Shown: piece after piece, positions 49,519 to 64,000 of the stretch
How the letters are laid out: the number at the start of each line of letters is the position of its first letter
Numbering within the stretch: position 1 is the first letter of the stretch
Assembly: GCA_963774185.1 (NCBI GenBank)
Contig: CAVZEK010000027.1
Span: forward strand, 50,530 to 114,529
Reading direction: 5' to 3'
Source of the DNA: an uncultured beta proteobacterium
GTDB lineage: Bacteria; Pseudomonadota; Gammaproteobacteria; Burkholderiales; Burkholderiaceae_C
Length of the DNA: 64,000 nucleotides
Program-made: the position numbers and the translations under genes
Notes under the pieces: generated by a model
Seen by the model: the letters and a program-made list of their open reading frames with translations, nothing else
Told to the model about the DNA's origin: nothing
The model's database searches: none

Positions 49519-51015
49519 TCACGCATCGGCGGGCGTGTCGAACTGGTTGCGCAGCGCGACATACAACGCCCGAAAGCGCTCGAGGCGCCGTGCGAGCAAC
49601 TGCGCCTCGACAAGTTCCGGCTCGAATTCGCGCGCGGCCGCGGCGGCGCGGCAGACATCGTTCTCTTGGCCGCCATCGGCGAGCCACGCCAGCCGCGCCG
49701 CACCGAGGGCTGCACCGGCCTGCGCACCCGCATCGACACGCAGCGTGACTCCGAGCACCGATGCCAGCAGCTGCGCCCACAGCTGGCTGCGCGCGCCGCC
49801 GCCGACCAACGAAAGCGCCTGCACCGGGCGTGAGGCGCCCTTCAGGCTGGCCCAGCCGTCGGCCAAGCCGAAGCTCACGCCTTCGACCACGGCATAGCCG
49901 ATCGCGGCCGCGTCGTGCGCGTGCGTCAGCCCAAACAGCACGCCCTGTGCGTTGGGATCGTTGTGCGGCGTGCGTTCGCCGCTCAGGTACGGCAGGAACA
50001 GCGGCGCACGCGCGCGCTGCGAAGGCGTCAGCGTTGCCACACTGTCGAGCAGCGCGGCTTCGCTGGGCGTGCCGAGCAGCTCGCGCGCCCAGCGCAAGGC
50101 GCTGGCCGCCGACAGCATCACCGACATGCGGTGCCAGCGTCCGGGCAGCGCGTGGCAGAACGTGTGCACGGCGGCAGGCGCGTCGGGTTGGAACCCGTCG
50201 CTGGCCAAGAAGATCACGCCCGAGGTGCCCAGCGAGACGAAGCCCTGGTTCGACCGCACGGCGCCGATGCCCACTGCGCTGGCCGCGTTGTCGCCGCCAC
50301 CACCGGCCACCGCGATGCCGGCACGCAGTCCCCAACGGGTAGCGAGCGCGGGCCGCAGGTGGCCCGAGACTTCGCTGCCTTCGACCAGGCGTGGCATGTG
50401 GCCACGCGTGAGGCCGCAGGCGGCGAGCAGCTCATCGGACCAGCGGCGCGCGCCGACGTCGAGCCACAGCGTGCCCGAGGCGTCGGACATCTCGCTGACG
50501 CATTCGCCGGTGAGCTGCAGGCGCAACCAGTCCTTGGGCAGCAACACGCGGGCCGTGCGTGCAAACAGGTGCGGCTCGTGCTCGCGCACCCAGAGCAGCT
50601 TGGGCGCGGTGAAGCCGGGCATCGCGAGGTTGCCGGCGACGGCGTGCAGCGCTGGCAGCGCCGCCTCGAGCGCGGCGCACTGCGCATGGCTGCGCCCGTC
50701 GTTCCACAGGATCGCCGGGCGCAAGACCGTGTCAGTCGCGTCGAGCAGCACCGCGCCGTGCATCTGGCCGGACAACCCGATTGCGCGCACCGCCGCCATC
50801 GCGGACGGCTGGTCGATGCGCAGGCGTTGCATCGTGCTGTCGAGTGCAGTCCACCAATCGGCCGGGTCCTGCTCGCTCCACAGCCGATGCGGGCGCGACA
50901 CCCTGAGTGGCTCGCCCAAACTGGCAACGATGCGGTGCTGCTCGTCGAGCAGCAGCAACTTGAGCTCGGAGGTGCCGAGGTCGATGCCCAGGTACACGCA
51001 GACCTCACCAGCCAC
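49519..51015 (-). CDS. xylB: xylulokinase (FGGY family)
   Basis: Motifs YLGIDLGTSELKLLLLD, GLSGQMHGAV and LSLVGGGARS. 498 aa, intact. Confidence 0.8.
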   Translation of the reverse strand: MAGEVCVYLGIDLGTSELKLLLLDEQHRIVASLGEPLRVSRPHRLWSEQDPADWWTALDSTMQRLRIDQPSAMAAVRAIGLSGQMHGAVLLDATDTVLRPAILWNDGRSHAQCAALEAALPALHAVAGNLAMPGFTAPKLLWVREHEPHLFARTARVLLPKDWLRLQLTGECVSEMSDASGTLWLDVGARRWSDELLAACGLTRGHMPRLVEGSEVSGHLRPALATRWGLRAGIAVAGGGGDNAASAVGIGAVRSNQGFVSLGTSGVIFLASDGFQPDAPAAVHTFCHALPGRWHRMSVMLSAASALRWARELLGTPSEAALLDSVATLTPSQRARAPLFLPYLSGERTPHNDPNAQGVLFGLTHAHDAAAIGYAVVEGVSFGLADGWASLKGASRPVQALSLVGGGARSQLWAQLLASVLGVTLRVDAGAQAGAALGAARLAWLADGGQENDVCRAAAAAREFEPELVEAQLLARRLERFRALYVALRNQFDTPADA

Positions 51016-51047
51016 CGCGACGCCGCAAGGCGCTGAGCGGTGTCATG

Positions 51048-51986
51048 TCACCCGTTGCGACCGAAGCGATGGTCGGCCTGGCGCCGGAATTCGCTGGGCG
51101 TCATGCCCTTGATCTCGAGGAAGCGTCGGTTGAAGTTGGCCACGTTGTTGAAGCCCACCTCGTAGCAGATGTGGGTGACCTGGCGATCGGTCTCCATCAA
51201 CAGGTGGCAGGCGCGGTTGACGCGCACGCGGTTGACGAAATCGGTGAAGGTGTTGCCGGTGGCGCGGCGAAAGAAACGCGAAAAGCGGCTCTCGCTCATG
51301 CCCAGGTCGGCCGCCACGCCGCTGGCCAGCACGGCCTTGGCCACGTCGCCGGTGATGCGCTCGACGATGGCGTTGATCTGCTCCATCTCGGTGTCGTCGT
51401 CTTCGCCCTGCATCTGCACGTTCGACAGCAGGCGGTAGTCGGTGCAGCGCGCCAGGTCGGCGAGAAAGTCGCAGAACGCCGCAAAGCGCTGCATGCCGTG
51501 GCCGTGCTTGACGCTGAGCCAGTGAGCCCGCGCGCGATCGGACAAGCCGAAGAACTCGACGCCGTGGCGCGAGCGCTCGAGCAGTGCCATCACCTCGGCC
51601 AGCTCGGGGATCATCTGCGCCGCATGCTCGATCGGTTCGTGGCGAAACTGGATCACCAGGTCGCGCTCGGCCACGCCGGCCTCGGGCAGATCGAGCGACA
51701 CCCAGTTGTGCGGCAGGCGCGGCCCGCACAGCACCAGGTGGCCGGGGCTGAAAGGCCCGATCCAGTCGCCGACGAAAGCCTTGCCCGACGTTGCGGTGAT
51801 CAGGTGCAGCTCGTACTCGTCGTGGAAGTGCCAGCGCGCCAGCGGGGTGGGAAAGCCGTGCGCCAGGCAACGCACGATGCCGGTGTCCTCGGGGGCCTCG
51901 TAGCCGAGCGAGGTGGGGCGCGCGTGGTCGTGCTCCAACTCCGGCTGGCGCTGCCGGCGCGGGCTGCGTTCGTGGTGGGCGTGCAT
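51048..51986 (-). CDS. AraC-family regulator (MtlR-like polyol operon activator)
   Basis: C-terminal double HTH (FSRFFRRATGNTFTDFVNRVRVNRACHLL, NVANFNRRFLEIKGMTPSEFRR). Sits inside the polyol cluster. Confidence 0.75.
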   Translation of the reverse strand: MHAHHERSPRRQRQPELEHDHARPTSLGYEAPEDTGIVRCLAHGFPTPLARWHFHDEYELHLITATSGKAFVGDWIGPFSPGHLVLCGPRLPHNWVSLDLPEAGVAERDLVIQFRHEPIEHAAQMIPELAEVMALLERSRHGVEFFGLSDRARAHWLSVKHGHGMQRFAAFCDFLADLARCTDYRLLSNVQMQGEDDDTEMEQINAIVERITGDVAKAVLASGVAADLGMSESRFSRFFRRATGNTFTDFVNRVRVNRACHLLMETDRQVTHICYEVGFNNVANFNRRFLEIKGMTPSEFRRQADHRFGRNG

Positions 51987-52013
51987 CAGGGTCTCCGAAG
52001 CGTTTGAGCCGTG

Positions 52014-52805
52014 TCAGCTCATCACATTACCGCCATCGACGTTCAATGTCTGCGCAGTGATGTAGGCGGCCTCGTCGCTGGCCAGAAAAACCGCGGCACC
52101 GACGATGTCGGCCGGGGCGCCCATGCGGCCTAGCGGCACCGCCTTGCCGACCGCGGTCTTCTTCTCGCCCGGCCGCAGCCCTTCGTAGCGCGCGAACAGC
52201 GCGTCGACATGCTGCCACATCGGCGTGTCGATCACGCCGGGCGCGATCGCATTGACGCGGATGCGGTGCGGTGCCATCGCGAGCGCGGCGCTTTGCGTGT
52301 AGCTGATCACCGCCGCCTTGCTGGCGCAATAGTGCGACACCAGCGCTTCGCCGCGCCGGCCGGCCTGCGACGCCAGGTTGACGACGCTGCCCGGCTTGCC
52401 GGCCGCCACCAGCCGCGCCAGCACCGCCTGCATCATGAAGAACATGCCCTTGACGTTGACGTCGAACAGGCGCTGATACATGGCTTCGTTGGAGTCGAGC
52501 AGCGGCGCCATGTCGAACACCGCGGCGTTGTTGAACAGCACATCGAGCGTGCCCCAGCGCTGCGCCGCGCCATCGACCAGCGCACCGAGCGTGTCGACGC
52601 GTGTGACGTCGCCGCTGGCGTAGGCCAGCCGGCCGGGGTGGCGCGCCAGCAGCTCGGCCAGCCCGGCGCTGGGTGTCGCGGGCAGGTCGACCGCGGTGCA
52701 GCGAGCGCCTTCGTCGAGATAGGCCTCGCTCACCGCCAGCCCGATGCCGCCGCCGGCGCCGGTCAGCAGCGCGTGCCGCCCTTGCAGTCGTTGCAGTCCC
52801 GCCAT
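52014..52805 (-). CDS. short-chain dehydrogenase (sorbitol/polyol dehydrogenase-like)
   Basis: Motifs [13 protein letters not shown] and YCASKAAV. 263 aa from ATG 52805. It is the 3' part of the artefactual 1078-aa track ORF. Confidence 0.8.
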   Translation of the reverse strand: MAGLQRLQGRHALLTGAGGGIGLAVSEAYLDEGARCTAVDLPATPSAGLAELLARHPGRLAYASGDVTRVDTLGALVDGAAQRWGTLDVLFNNAAVFDMAPLLDSNEAMYQRLFDVNVKGMFFMMQAVLARLVAAGKPGSVVNLASQAGRRGEALVSHYCASKAAVISYTQSAALAMAPHRIRVNAIAPGVIDTPMWQHVDALFARYEGLRPGEKKTAVGKAVPLGRMGAPADIVGAAVFLASDEAAYITAQTLNVDGGNVMS

Positions 52806-52810
52806 GCCGA

Positions 52811-54184
52811 TCACCCCCCCATGAAAGACTGAACGCGTGTGTACGCCGCGCGGACCGCCGCCTCGAGCGCCTCGTTGCCGGCCAGCGGTCCCCAGAGCAC
52901 CGGGTCTCGGCAATACGCGGCCAGCGGATCGGCCGCAGAGAAATAGGCATGCGCTGCTGCCGTGTCCATCACACCGTCTTGGTAGACATAGGCGAGCTCG
53001 CCGCGATGCCAGCGGCCGAGCACCGCAAAGAACAGCGCCGGCAGCATCGCGGTGCTGGCGATGCTGGCGCCGCGTGCCAGGCATTCGCGCAGCGTCGGCA
53101 CGATGAAACCCGGAATCTTCGAGAAGCCGTCCATCGCGACGCGCTGGTTGGTGTCGCGCAGCCAGGGGTTGCTGAAGCGCTCGAGCACCACGTCGCGATA
53201 GTGCCGCAAGGTCGATCGTGCTCGGTCGTTCAGGCGTGTCGAGGCAGGGGATCACGTCGTCGGTCACGTAGTCGTACGCCAGCTGCCGGATCTCGGGTAC
53301 TTGCACGCCCTCGTGGATGAACGTCAGGCCGCGCAGCGTGCCGGCCCAGGCGATGCAACTGTGGCTGGCGTTCAGCACGCGGATCTTGGCCTCCTCGTGC
53401 GACAGCACCGAGGCCACCATCTCGACGCCGACCGACTGCCACGCCGGACGGCCGGCAATGAAATGGTCTTCGATCACCCATTGGGTGAAGCGCTCGCCCA
53501 TCACCGGCGCACGGTCGTCCCAGCCGGTGGCCGCCTTGACACGCTCGGGCAGGTCGGGTGGCGGGCGCGGCGTGATGCGGTCGACCATGTCGTTAGGACA
53601 TGTCGTGTGCGACAGCACCCAGTCATGCAGCGCGGTCTCGCCGCGCCTCTCGAGAAAGTCGAGCAACCCCGAGCGAAAGCGCTCGCCGTTGCTGCGCAGG
53701 TTGTCGCAGTTCAACAGCGTCACCGCTGCGCCGCCGCGATTGACGCGCTCGCGCGCGATCGCGGTGATCGCTCCATAGATCGTGCTGCAGGCGCGGCCTT
53801 CGAGATCGGCCACCAGGTCGGGGTAGGCGGTGTCGAGCCGGTTCTTCGCGTCGAGGTAGTAGCCCGCCTCGGTGACGGTGAACGAAATGATGCGGGTGGA
53901 CGGATCGGCGCCGCGGTCGATCAGGCGGGCGTGCGACGGCTCGAATGGAATCACCTCGCGGATGGCGCGGATGCGCTCGTGGTGCCGCTCGCCCGCCGGC
54001 GACACGGTCTCCAGCGTGTATTCACCCTGCTGGGCGATCAACGCGGCCATCGTGTCGGCCATGTCGTTGCGGATGTTGGCGCCGACGATCGACCACGCGC
54101 GATCGCCCGACTCGCGCAGCCGGTTGAGGTAGGCCGCCTGGTGTGCGCGGTGGAAGGAACCCAGGCCGATGTGCAGGATGGTGT

Positions 54185-54188
<4 letters not shown>
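52811..54188 (-). pseudogene. mannitol-dehydrogenase-family polyol dehydrogenase (short DalD-like N-terminus) with one extra base near 53208
   Basis: [16 protein letters not shown]...NCDNLRSNG...VDRITP lies in one frame. The C-terminus [34 protein letters not shown] is in track ORF 52811..53209. Removing one T of a TT joins IDL to RHYRD. A candidate TTG start overlaps the mtlK stop. Confidence 0.7.
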
Positions 54189-55250
<1,062 letters not shown>

Positions 55251-55341
55251 GGTCAGCCTCCGCCGAGCCGCCTCAAGGAGGCTGAAACCCCTCGGGGGGC
55301 AGCGAACGCGCAGCGTGAGCGTGGGGGCATGATGTCTCTCC

Positions 55342-56157
55342 TTACTTGACGGCGCCGAAGGTCAACCCCTGCACGAGCTGCTTCTGGCTGAACCAGCCGA
55401 CCACGACGATCGGCGCGATGGCCATCAGCGAGGCCGCCGACAACTTGGCCCAGAACAAACCCTCGGGGCTCGAATACGAGGCGATCAGCGTGGCCAGCGT
55501 GCCGGCCTTGGCCGAGCTCAGGTTGAGCGACCAGAACGCCTCGTTCCAGCTCAGCACCAGGCACAGCAGTGCGGTGGACGACAGCGTGCCCATCGCCAGC
55601 GGCCGGATCACGTGGAGGAACTCCTGCCACACATTGGCGCCGTCCATGCGCGCCGCCTCCAGGATGTCGGGCGGGATGTCCTTGAAGCCCGAATAGAGCA
55701 TCCACACCATGATCGGCAGGTTCGACAGCGTGAACACGATGGTCAGCGCCGACAGCGTGTCGAGCAGCCGGCGGTCTGCGCCATCACGTACACCGGCACC
55801 AGCGCGCCGACCGCCGGCATCATCTTGGTCGACAGCATCCACATCAGGATGTCGCGCGTTCTGCGGGTGCGAAAGAACGCCATCGAGTACGCCGCCGGCG
55901 CGGCGATCATCAAGCCAAGCAGCGTCGAGACGACGCTGGTGACCACCGAGTTCTTGGCGTGCAGCAGGTAGTCGCTGCGCAGGTTGCACCTCTGCGAAGT
56001 TCTCCAGCGTCGGGGTGAAGAACAACTGCGGCGGCACCGAGATCGCCTGCAGCTCGGTCTTGAAGGCGGTCAGCACCAGCCAGATCAGCGGGAACACGAT
56101 CACCAGCGTGACGCCCCAGGCGGCGAGGGTGCGAACGATCAGCGGGAGGTGCTTCAT
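55342..56157 (-). pseudogene. mtlG: polyol ABC transporter permease with two compensating frame changes (~55985 and ~55767)
   Basis: GAAGGAG RBS. The N- and C-terminal thirds are in the long ORF frame. The true middle, YLLHAKNSVVTSVVSTLLGLMIAAPAAYSMAFFRTRRTRDILMWMLSTKMMPAVGALVPVYVMAQTAG, is in track ORF 55743..55946. Confidence 0.7.
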
Positions 56158-56168
56158 CGGTCGCTCCT

Positions 56169-57031
56169 TCAATCCAGGTTCTTGCCGATCATGCGGATCA
56201 GGAACACTGCGGCGATGTTGGCGAGCACCACGGCAAAGAGCGCTCCGGCCGAGGCGACGCCGACGTCGAAGTTCATCAGCGACTGCTTGAAGATCAGGAA
56301 GGCGACGTTGGTGCTCTCATTGCCGGGCCCGCCGCCGGTGGTGGTGAAGATCTCGGCGAACACGCTCATCAGGAAGATCATCTCGATCATGATCACCACC
56401 GCGATCGGCCGGCCCAGGTGCGGCAGCGTCAGGAACCAGAACTTCTGCAGCGGGTTGGCGCCGTCCATGCCGGCCGCCTCCATCTGGTCGCGGTCGAGCG
56501 ACTGCAGCGAGGTGATGAAGATCAGGCAGGCGAACGGCAGCCATTGCCAGGCCACCATCAGGATCACCGACAGCAGCGGCAGGTCGGTCAGCCAGTCGAC
56601 CGGCGTGCGCGCCGAAGAAGATCCACACCTGCGCCAGCACGCCGTAGATCGGGTTCATCATCATGTGCTTCCACAGCAGCGCATTGGCCGTGGGCATCAC
56701 GAAGAACGGCGAGATCAGCAGCACGCGCACGATGCCGCGGCCGGGAAACGGCTCGTTGACGAGCAGCGCGAGCGCCGACACCAGCGACGACCGTGATGGC
56801 GATCACCGCAGCCGAGCAGCAGCAGCGTGTTCAGCACCGACGGCGCCGAAGTCGGGGTCGGTGACGAAGTACTCGAAGTTCGCCAGGCCGATGAAGCTCC
56901 TTGTCGCCGGGCTGCATCAGGTTGTAGCGCACGGCCGAGAAGTACAGCGTCATCGCCAGCGGCACGATCATCCACAGGAAGAGCGTGACCACGGCCGGCG
57001 CCATCAGGACACGGGGCAACAGTCGGTTCAT
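56169..57031 (-). pseudogene. mtlF: polyol ABC transporter permease with five +1 frame changes (~56897, ~56839, ~56809, ~56780, ~56610)
   Basis: The fragments MNRLLPRVLMAPAVVTLFLW..YNLMQPGD / FIGLANFEYFVTDPDFGAV / VLNTLLLLG / AVIAITVV / SALALLVNEPFPGRGIVRVLLISPFFVMPTANALLW.. / ARTPVDWLTDLPLLSVILMVAWQWLPF.. are collinear across three frames. The gene length mod 3 fits five extra bases. Confidence 0.65.
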
Positions 57032-57207
57032 GACAGGCGCTCGACAACTAAGGTGCAGCGCGCGCAACGCGCAGGCGAGCGCGCAAGAAGGCGTTCAGAC
57101 AGCGTCGCGAGCGGTCCGAGGTTGCGCCGAGAAGTGCCGCCGTACTGCTGTACGGCGAGCATCGCAGGCGCAAGATCGGGTCGCGCAGCAGCTGAATGAA
57201 TGCCTGT

Positions 57208-58518
<1,311 letters not shown>

Positions 58519-58777
58519 GAGGCGTCTCCTATCGCGTTCTCGGGTTTGCGGTGGCGTGTCGTGCGGGCTGCACCGACAACGCGAAGATAGGCGCCCTGCA
58601 ATTCGTGGCCTGATACTTTTCAGGCGCGCGCCGATACCGCGTTGCACCGGACGGTTGGTATTTGCCCTGAATCGATGCCATTTCGTACAGCTTGCGGTGG
58701 CGCAAGGCGGTGCGGTCAGCTGGTGAAGGCCGCTCAAACGACGCGCTATGGCCCGCAGTCGCAGCAGCGCGGCTCGC

Positions 58778-59221
58778 TCAGGCGCGAAAGGCTCCCGCGA
58801 GAGCCAGCAGCCACAGCGCCGCGAAGACGAATGGCAGTGTCTGAGCAGCCAGCTTGCCTCGGCTGCCGGTGTTGCGCCCCGGCGAGAGACTGCACAGCGC
58901 ATTGAGCCCTGCTTGCTCATATTGCCGGCTGACCTCCTTGATGGCGGCCAACGCGGCGAAGATGCTGACGCCGATGACCACCGACACGGCCAAGCCGAAG
59001 AACGGGAAACCAAACACCAGCCAGTGGAGCTTGGCGGTTGAAAGGGTTCCGTAGGCGGTGAACAGCAATCCTTGAGACAGGATGAGCCACATGAGCCGAT
59101 GGTTCACCAGGTTGTCCTCGTGGGTCCACTGCTCGCGAAGGGCGCGATACAGCTCCCAATCGGGCAGCTTGTTGCGCGGATCACTCGAACTCATGGGGTT
59201 GGTTGTGTGCCCATCAGCCAC
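58778..59221 (-). CDS. small membrane protein, unknown function
   Basis: 139-147 aa depending on the start (ATG 59221 or 59194). Three hydrophobic segments. Lies between pgl and mtlE. Confidence 0.4.
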   Translation of the reverse strand: MADGHTTNPMSSSDPRNKLPDWELYRALREQWTHEDNLVNHRLMWLILSQGLLFTAYGTLSTAKLHWLVFGFPFFGLAVSVVIGVSIFAALAAIKEVSRQYEQAGLNALCSLSPGRNTGSRGKLAAQTLPFVFAALWLLALAGAFRA

Positions 59222-59909
59222 ACCAGTAGACGTCCACTGGGATCATCGACTGATCGAGCACCGCGCGCACAGGAAGCTCCGCGGCGGGCCCGGGTTGCCG
59301 CGCGCGTTGATACACCTGCCATTTGGCGGATCCTGACAACAGCAACACGATCCGGCGCGAGTCCAGCAGCCCGCGCAGAGTGAGGCTCATGCGTTCGTGT
59401 GCCGCGGTCGCTGGAGCCGTCGCCATCGTCAGCGCGGGATTTGTGGGGTCAAGTCCCAACGCCAGTTGGGGTATCTGCGGGAACAGCGAGGCGGTATGGC
59501 CGTCGTTGCCCATGCCGAGCACCACAACGTCGAACGGCCGCGGCATCGCGGCGATCGCCCGCTCGCAGGCTGGTTGTCCTGCGCTTGCGCCGGCGGCATC
59601 GTTCTTCATCGGGACGAAGGCCGCAGCGGTGCCCTGCTGGGTCAGCAACGTCTGTCGCACCAACCGCTCGTTCGAGTCGACATGATCGAGCGCGACCCAG
59701 CGCTCATCGACCAATCCGACGATGACCTTCGCCCATTCGATCGGCCGTCGCGCCAGGGCGCTGAAGAAGGGCACGGGGGTCTGGCCGCCCGACACCATCA
59801 GGCTGGCGCGGCCGCGATGCTCGATGGCGCGGGCCAGGTCGTCTGCCACGCTCGAGGCCAACGCCGACGCGAGGCCCTCGATCGAATCGAAGCGATGCTC
59901 TAGTGCCAC
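59214..59909 (-). CDS. pgl: 6-phosphogluconolactonase
   Basis: Motifs SGGQTP and VVLGMGNDGHTASLFP. A GTG start at 59909 is chosen so that the gene follows the zwf stop. 231 aa. Confidence 0.75.
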   Translation of the reverse strand: MALEHRFDSIEGLASALASSVADDLARAIEHRGRASLMVSGGQTPVPFFSALARRPIEWAKVIVGLVDERWVALDHVDSNERLVRQTLLTQQGTAAAFVPMKNDAAGASAGQPACERAIAAMPRPFDVVVLGMGNDGHTASLFPQIPQLALGLDPTNPALTMATAPATAAHERMSLTLRGLLDSRRIVLLLSGSAKWQVYQRARQPGPAAELPVRAVLDQSMIPVDVYWCG

Positions 59910-59976
59910 GACGTTCGCGGCCCGGCGCGCCGGCCTCGCATCGAGCGGCCAATCGCCGCGACGGCCCTGGGCATGC

Positions 59977-61441
59977 TCAGGATTCCTCGCGCCACGCTGC
60001 GCCGTCGCGACCCACCAGCGCGCTGGAAGGCGCTGGCCCCCATGTCCCGGCGCTGTAGTGCCGCGGTGCTTCATCGCAGGCTTGCCAGGCATCCAGAATG
60101 GGCTCGCACCAGGCCCAAGCGGCGTCCAACTCGTCGCGACGCATGAAAAGCGTCAGCTTGCCACGCACGGCGTCGAGCAGCAGCCGCTCGTACGCTTCCA
60201 TCGGCCGCTGCCTGAACTGCTCGGCGAAGTCGAGGTTCAGGCCCACCGGCTTCAGGTTCATCGTGTCGCCCGGCACCTTGGCCATCAGGAAGAGCCTGAG
60301 TCCTTCTTCTGGCTGCAGTTGGATCACCAGCCGGTTGCCGAGCAACTCCTTGCCTGCGGATCGGAAAGATCGAGTGCGGCACCGAGCGGAAGTTCACCAC
60401 GATCTCCGCAACGCGCTCGGCCATGCGCTTGCCGGTGCGCAAGTAGAACGGCACGCCCGACCAGCGCCAGTTCTCGAGTTGGGCACGGATCGCCACGTAG
60501 GTCTCGGTGCGGCTGTCGGCCGGGATGCCGGCTTCCTCCAGATAGCCCGGCACCGGTGTGCCGTCGATCGTGCCCGCGCGATACTGGCCGCGCACCGTGC
60601 GTGAAGCCACATCCGCCGGCGAGAACGGCACCAGCGCGCGCAGCACCTTCAGCTTCTCGTCGCGCACCGCATCGGGTGCAATCGACGTCGGCGGCTCCAT
60701 CGCCACGATGCACAACAACTGCAGCAGGTGGTTTTGCACCATGTCGCGCAGCGCGCCGGTGCGGTCGTAGAAATCGCCGCGGGTCTCCACGCCCACCTGC
60801 TCGGCGATCGTGATCTGCACGTTGCTGACCCAGGTGCGGTTCCACAGCGGCTCCAGCAGCGCGTTGGCAAAGCGCAGCGCGAGCAGGTTCTGCACCGGCT
60901 CCTTGCCCAGGTAATGGTCGATGCGAAAGATCTGCGGCTCGGCGAAGACACTGCCCACGTCCTCGTTGATCTTCTGCGCCGAAGCGAGGTCGCGCCCGAG
61001 GGGTTTTTCAAGCACCACCCGCGAGTTGGCGCCGATCAGCCCGGCGGTTGCCAGGTTCGTGCAGATCGGCGCGAAGAATTCCGGTGCCGTGGACAGAAAG
61101 AAGACTCGCACGTCGGCCGGCGAGTCCTTCAGTGCCCGCGCCAGCGCGGCGAAATCTTGCGCTGCGTTGGCGTCCGCCTTGATGTAGTCCAGCCGCTGCA
61201 CAAAGGCATCGAAGTCCGCCCTGTGCATCTGCGCTGCGGGAACGAAGCGCGCGAAGCTCGCTTCCACCTGCGCGATGAAGTCGCCGCGAGTCAGGCTCTC
61301 GCGCGCCGAGGCGATGATCCGGCCATGCGCCGGCAGGTCGCCGTCTCGATGGCGGTGGTACAGCGCGGGCAGCAGCTTGCGCATCGCGAGGTCGCCGGTG
61401 CCGCCGAAAAGAAGCAGGTCGAACGAAGAGACTTGTGGCAT
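59977..61441 (-). pseudogene. zwf: glucose-6-phosphate 1-dehydrogenase with one extra base near 60361
   Basis: [20 protein letters not shown] and [13 protein letters not shown] lie in one frame up to ..[12 protein letters not shown]. The C-terminus [21 protein letters not shown].. is in track ORF 59977..60345. Confidence 0.8.
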
Positions 61442-61497
61442 GCGCGAGGGGGTCCTTTGTTGTGCCGTCGGCTGATCGGTGTCCGAGCGACCTTGCG

Positions 61498-62128
61498 TCA
61501 GGACGCAGGTCGATGCAAGCGCGCCGCTGCGCGCGCCAGGGTCGTGATGCGTTCCCAATCGCCGCCTGACACGGCTTCGGGTGGCGTCAACCACGATCCG
61601 CCGACGCAAGCGACGTTGGGCAGCGCCAGAAAGTCGGGCGCCGTCGCAGCCGAGACGCCGCCGGTGGGACAGAACGTGACGTCGGGAAACGGTCCGCGCC
61701 AGCGCCTTGAGCATGCCGATGCCACCGGCCTGCTGCGCGGGAAACAGCTTCATCTCGGTGAATCCTGCGGCACGTGCAGCGATGACATCCGATGGCGTCA
61801 TCACGCCGGGCAGCAACGGCAGCCCACTGTCGCGCGCGCCCGCCACCAGCTCGGGCGTCAGACCGGGGCTGACGCCGAACACGGCGCCCGCCTCGATCGA
61901 CCGCGCGAAGTCTTGCGCGCGGGTGATCGTGCCGACGCCGACGATGGCGCCGTCGACCTCGCGAAGCGATGGCGCGGATGGCCTCCAGCGCGACCGGCGT
62001 GCGCAGCGTGACCTCGAGCACCCGCACACCGCCGGCCACCAAGGCCCTGGCCAGCGGCACCGCGTGCTCGAGGTGGTCGATGACGATGACCGGGATCACC
62101 GGTCCGATGCGCATCAGCTCGAGAGTGT

Positions 62129-62132
<4 letters not shown>
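61498..62132 (-). pseudogene. eda: KDPG (2-dehydro-3-deoxyphosphogluconate) aldolase with two +1 frame changes (~61962, ~61697)
   Basis: The fragments [41 protein letters not shown] / [35 protein letters not shown] / [35 protein letters not shown] lie in three frames. ATGA overlap with edd. Confidence 0.75.

Positions 62133-64000
<1,868 letters not shown>

Noticed and set aside
60071-62029. 652-aa ORF suggesting an aldolase / G6P-dehydrogenase fusion
   Set aside because: Same artefact. It joins the middle frame of eda, the eda-zwf spacer and the N-terminal 360 codons of zwf. zwf has its own ATG at 61441 with the NADP-binding motif immediately after it.

Overview
This is a high-GC, Burkholderiales-like chromosomal segment; that placement is inferred from three orphan Bug/TctC solute receptors and an arn operon with a split arnA. 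I found no rRNA, tRNA, CRISPR array, transposase or integrase. Gene content in order:

- **1-4.8 kb:** a Thauera-type class I benzoyl-CoA reductase operon (bcrCBAD plus ferredoxin).
- **5.0-7.0 kb:** a divergent hemerythrin / nitronate-monooxygenase pair. Its intergenic region carries two FNR-type boxes at class II promoter geometry; a third such box lies at 25.1 kb.
- **7.0-10.8 kb:** miscellaneous genes (secreted beta-propeller protein, tautomerase, SMP-30 lactonase, membrane protein).
- **11-22.7 kb:** two paralogous wHTH / P-loop NTPase / TPR regulators, one of them frameshifted. They bracket a block of small envelope proteins and a 1267-aa patatin/cPLA2-like protein whose Ser and Asp motifs are separated by about 300 aa of transmembrane segments.
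- **22.9-41.9 kb:** hydrolases, Bug receptors, a hybrid histidine kinase with an OmpR regulator, a lactate permease, and a Tat lipoprotein with a perfect 9 x 15-bp repeat.
- **42.3-49.5 kb:** a complete arn (L-Ara4N lipid A modification) operon.
- **49.5-58.5 kb:** a polyol operon (xylB, AraC regulator, SDR, dalD-like dehydrogenase, mtlKGFE).
- **59.2-64 kb:** pgl-zwf-eda-edd.

The most striking sequence-level signal is about 45 single-base frame disruptions. Roughly 90% of them are one extra base. They cluster in a few patches, mainly 52.8-58.5 kb and 62.1-64.0 kb. This pattern looks more like local consensus error than old gene decay, but that needs read-level confirmation. All functional calls rest on motif and architecture recognition by eye; no database search was run.
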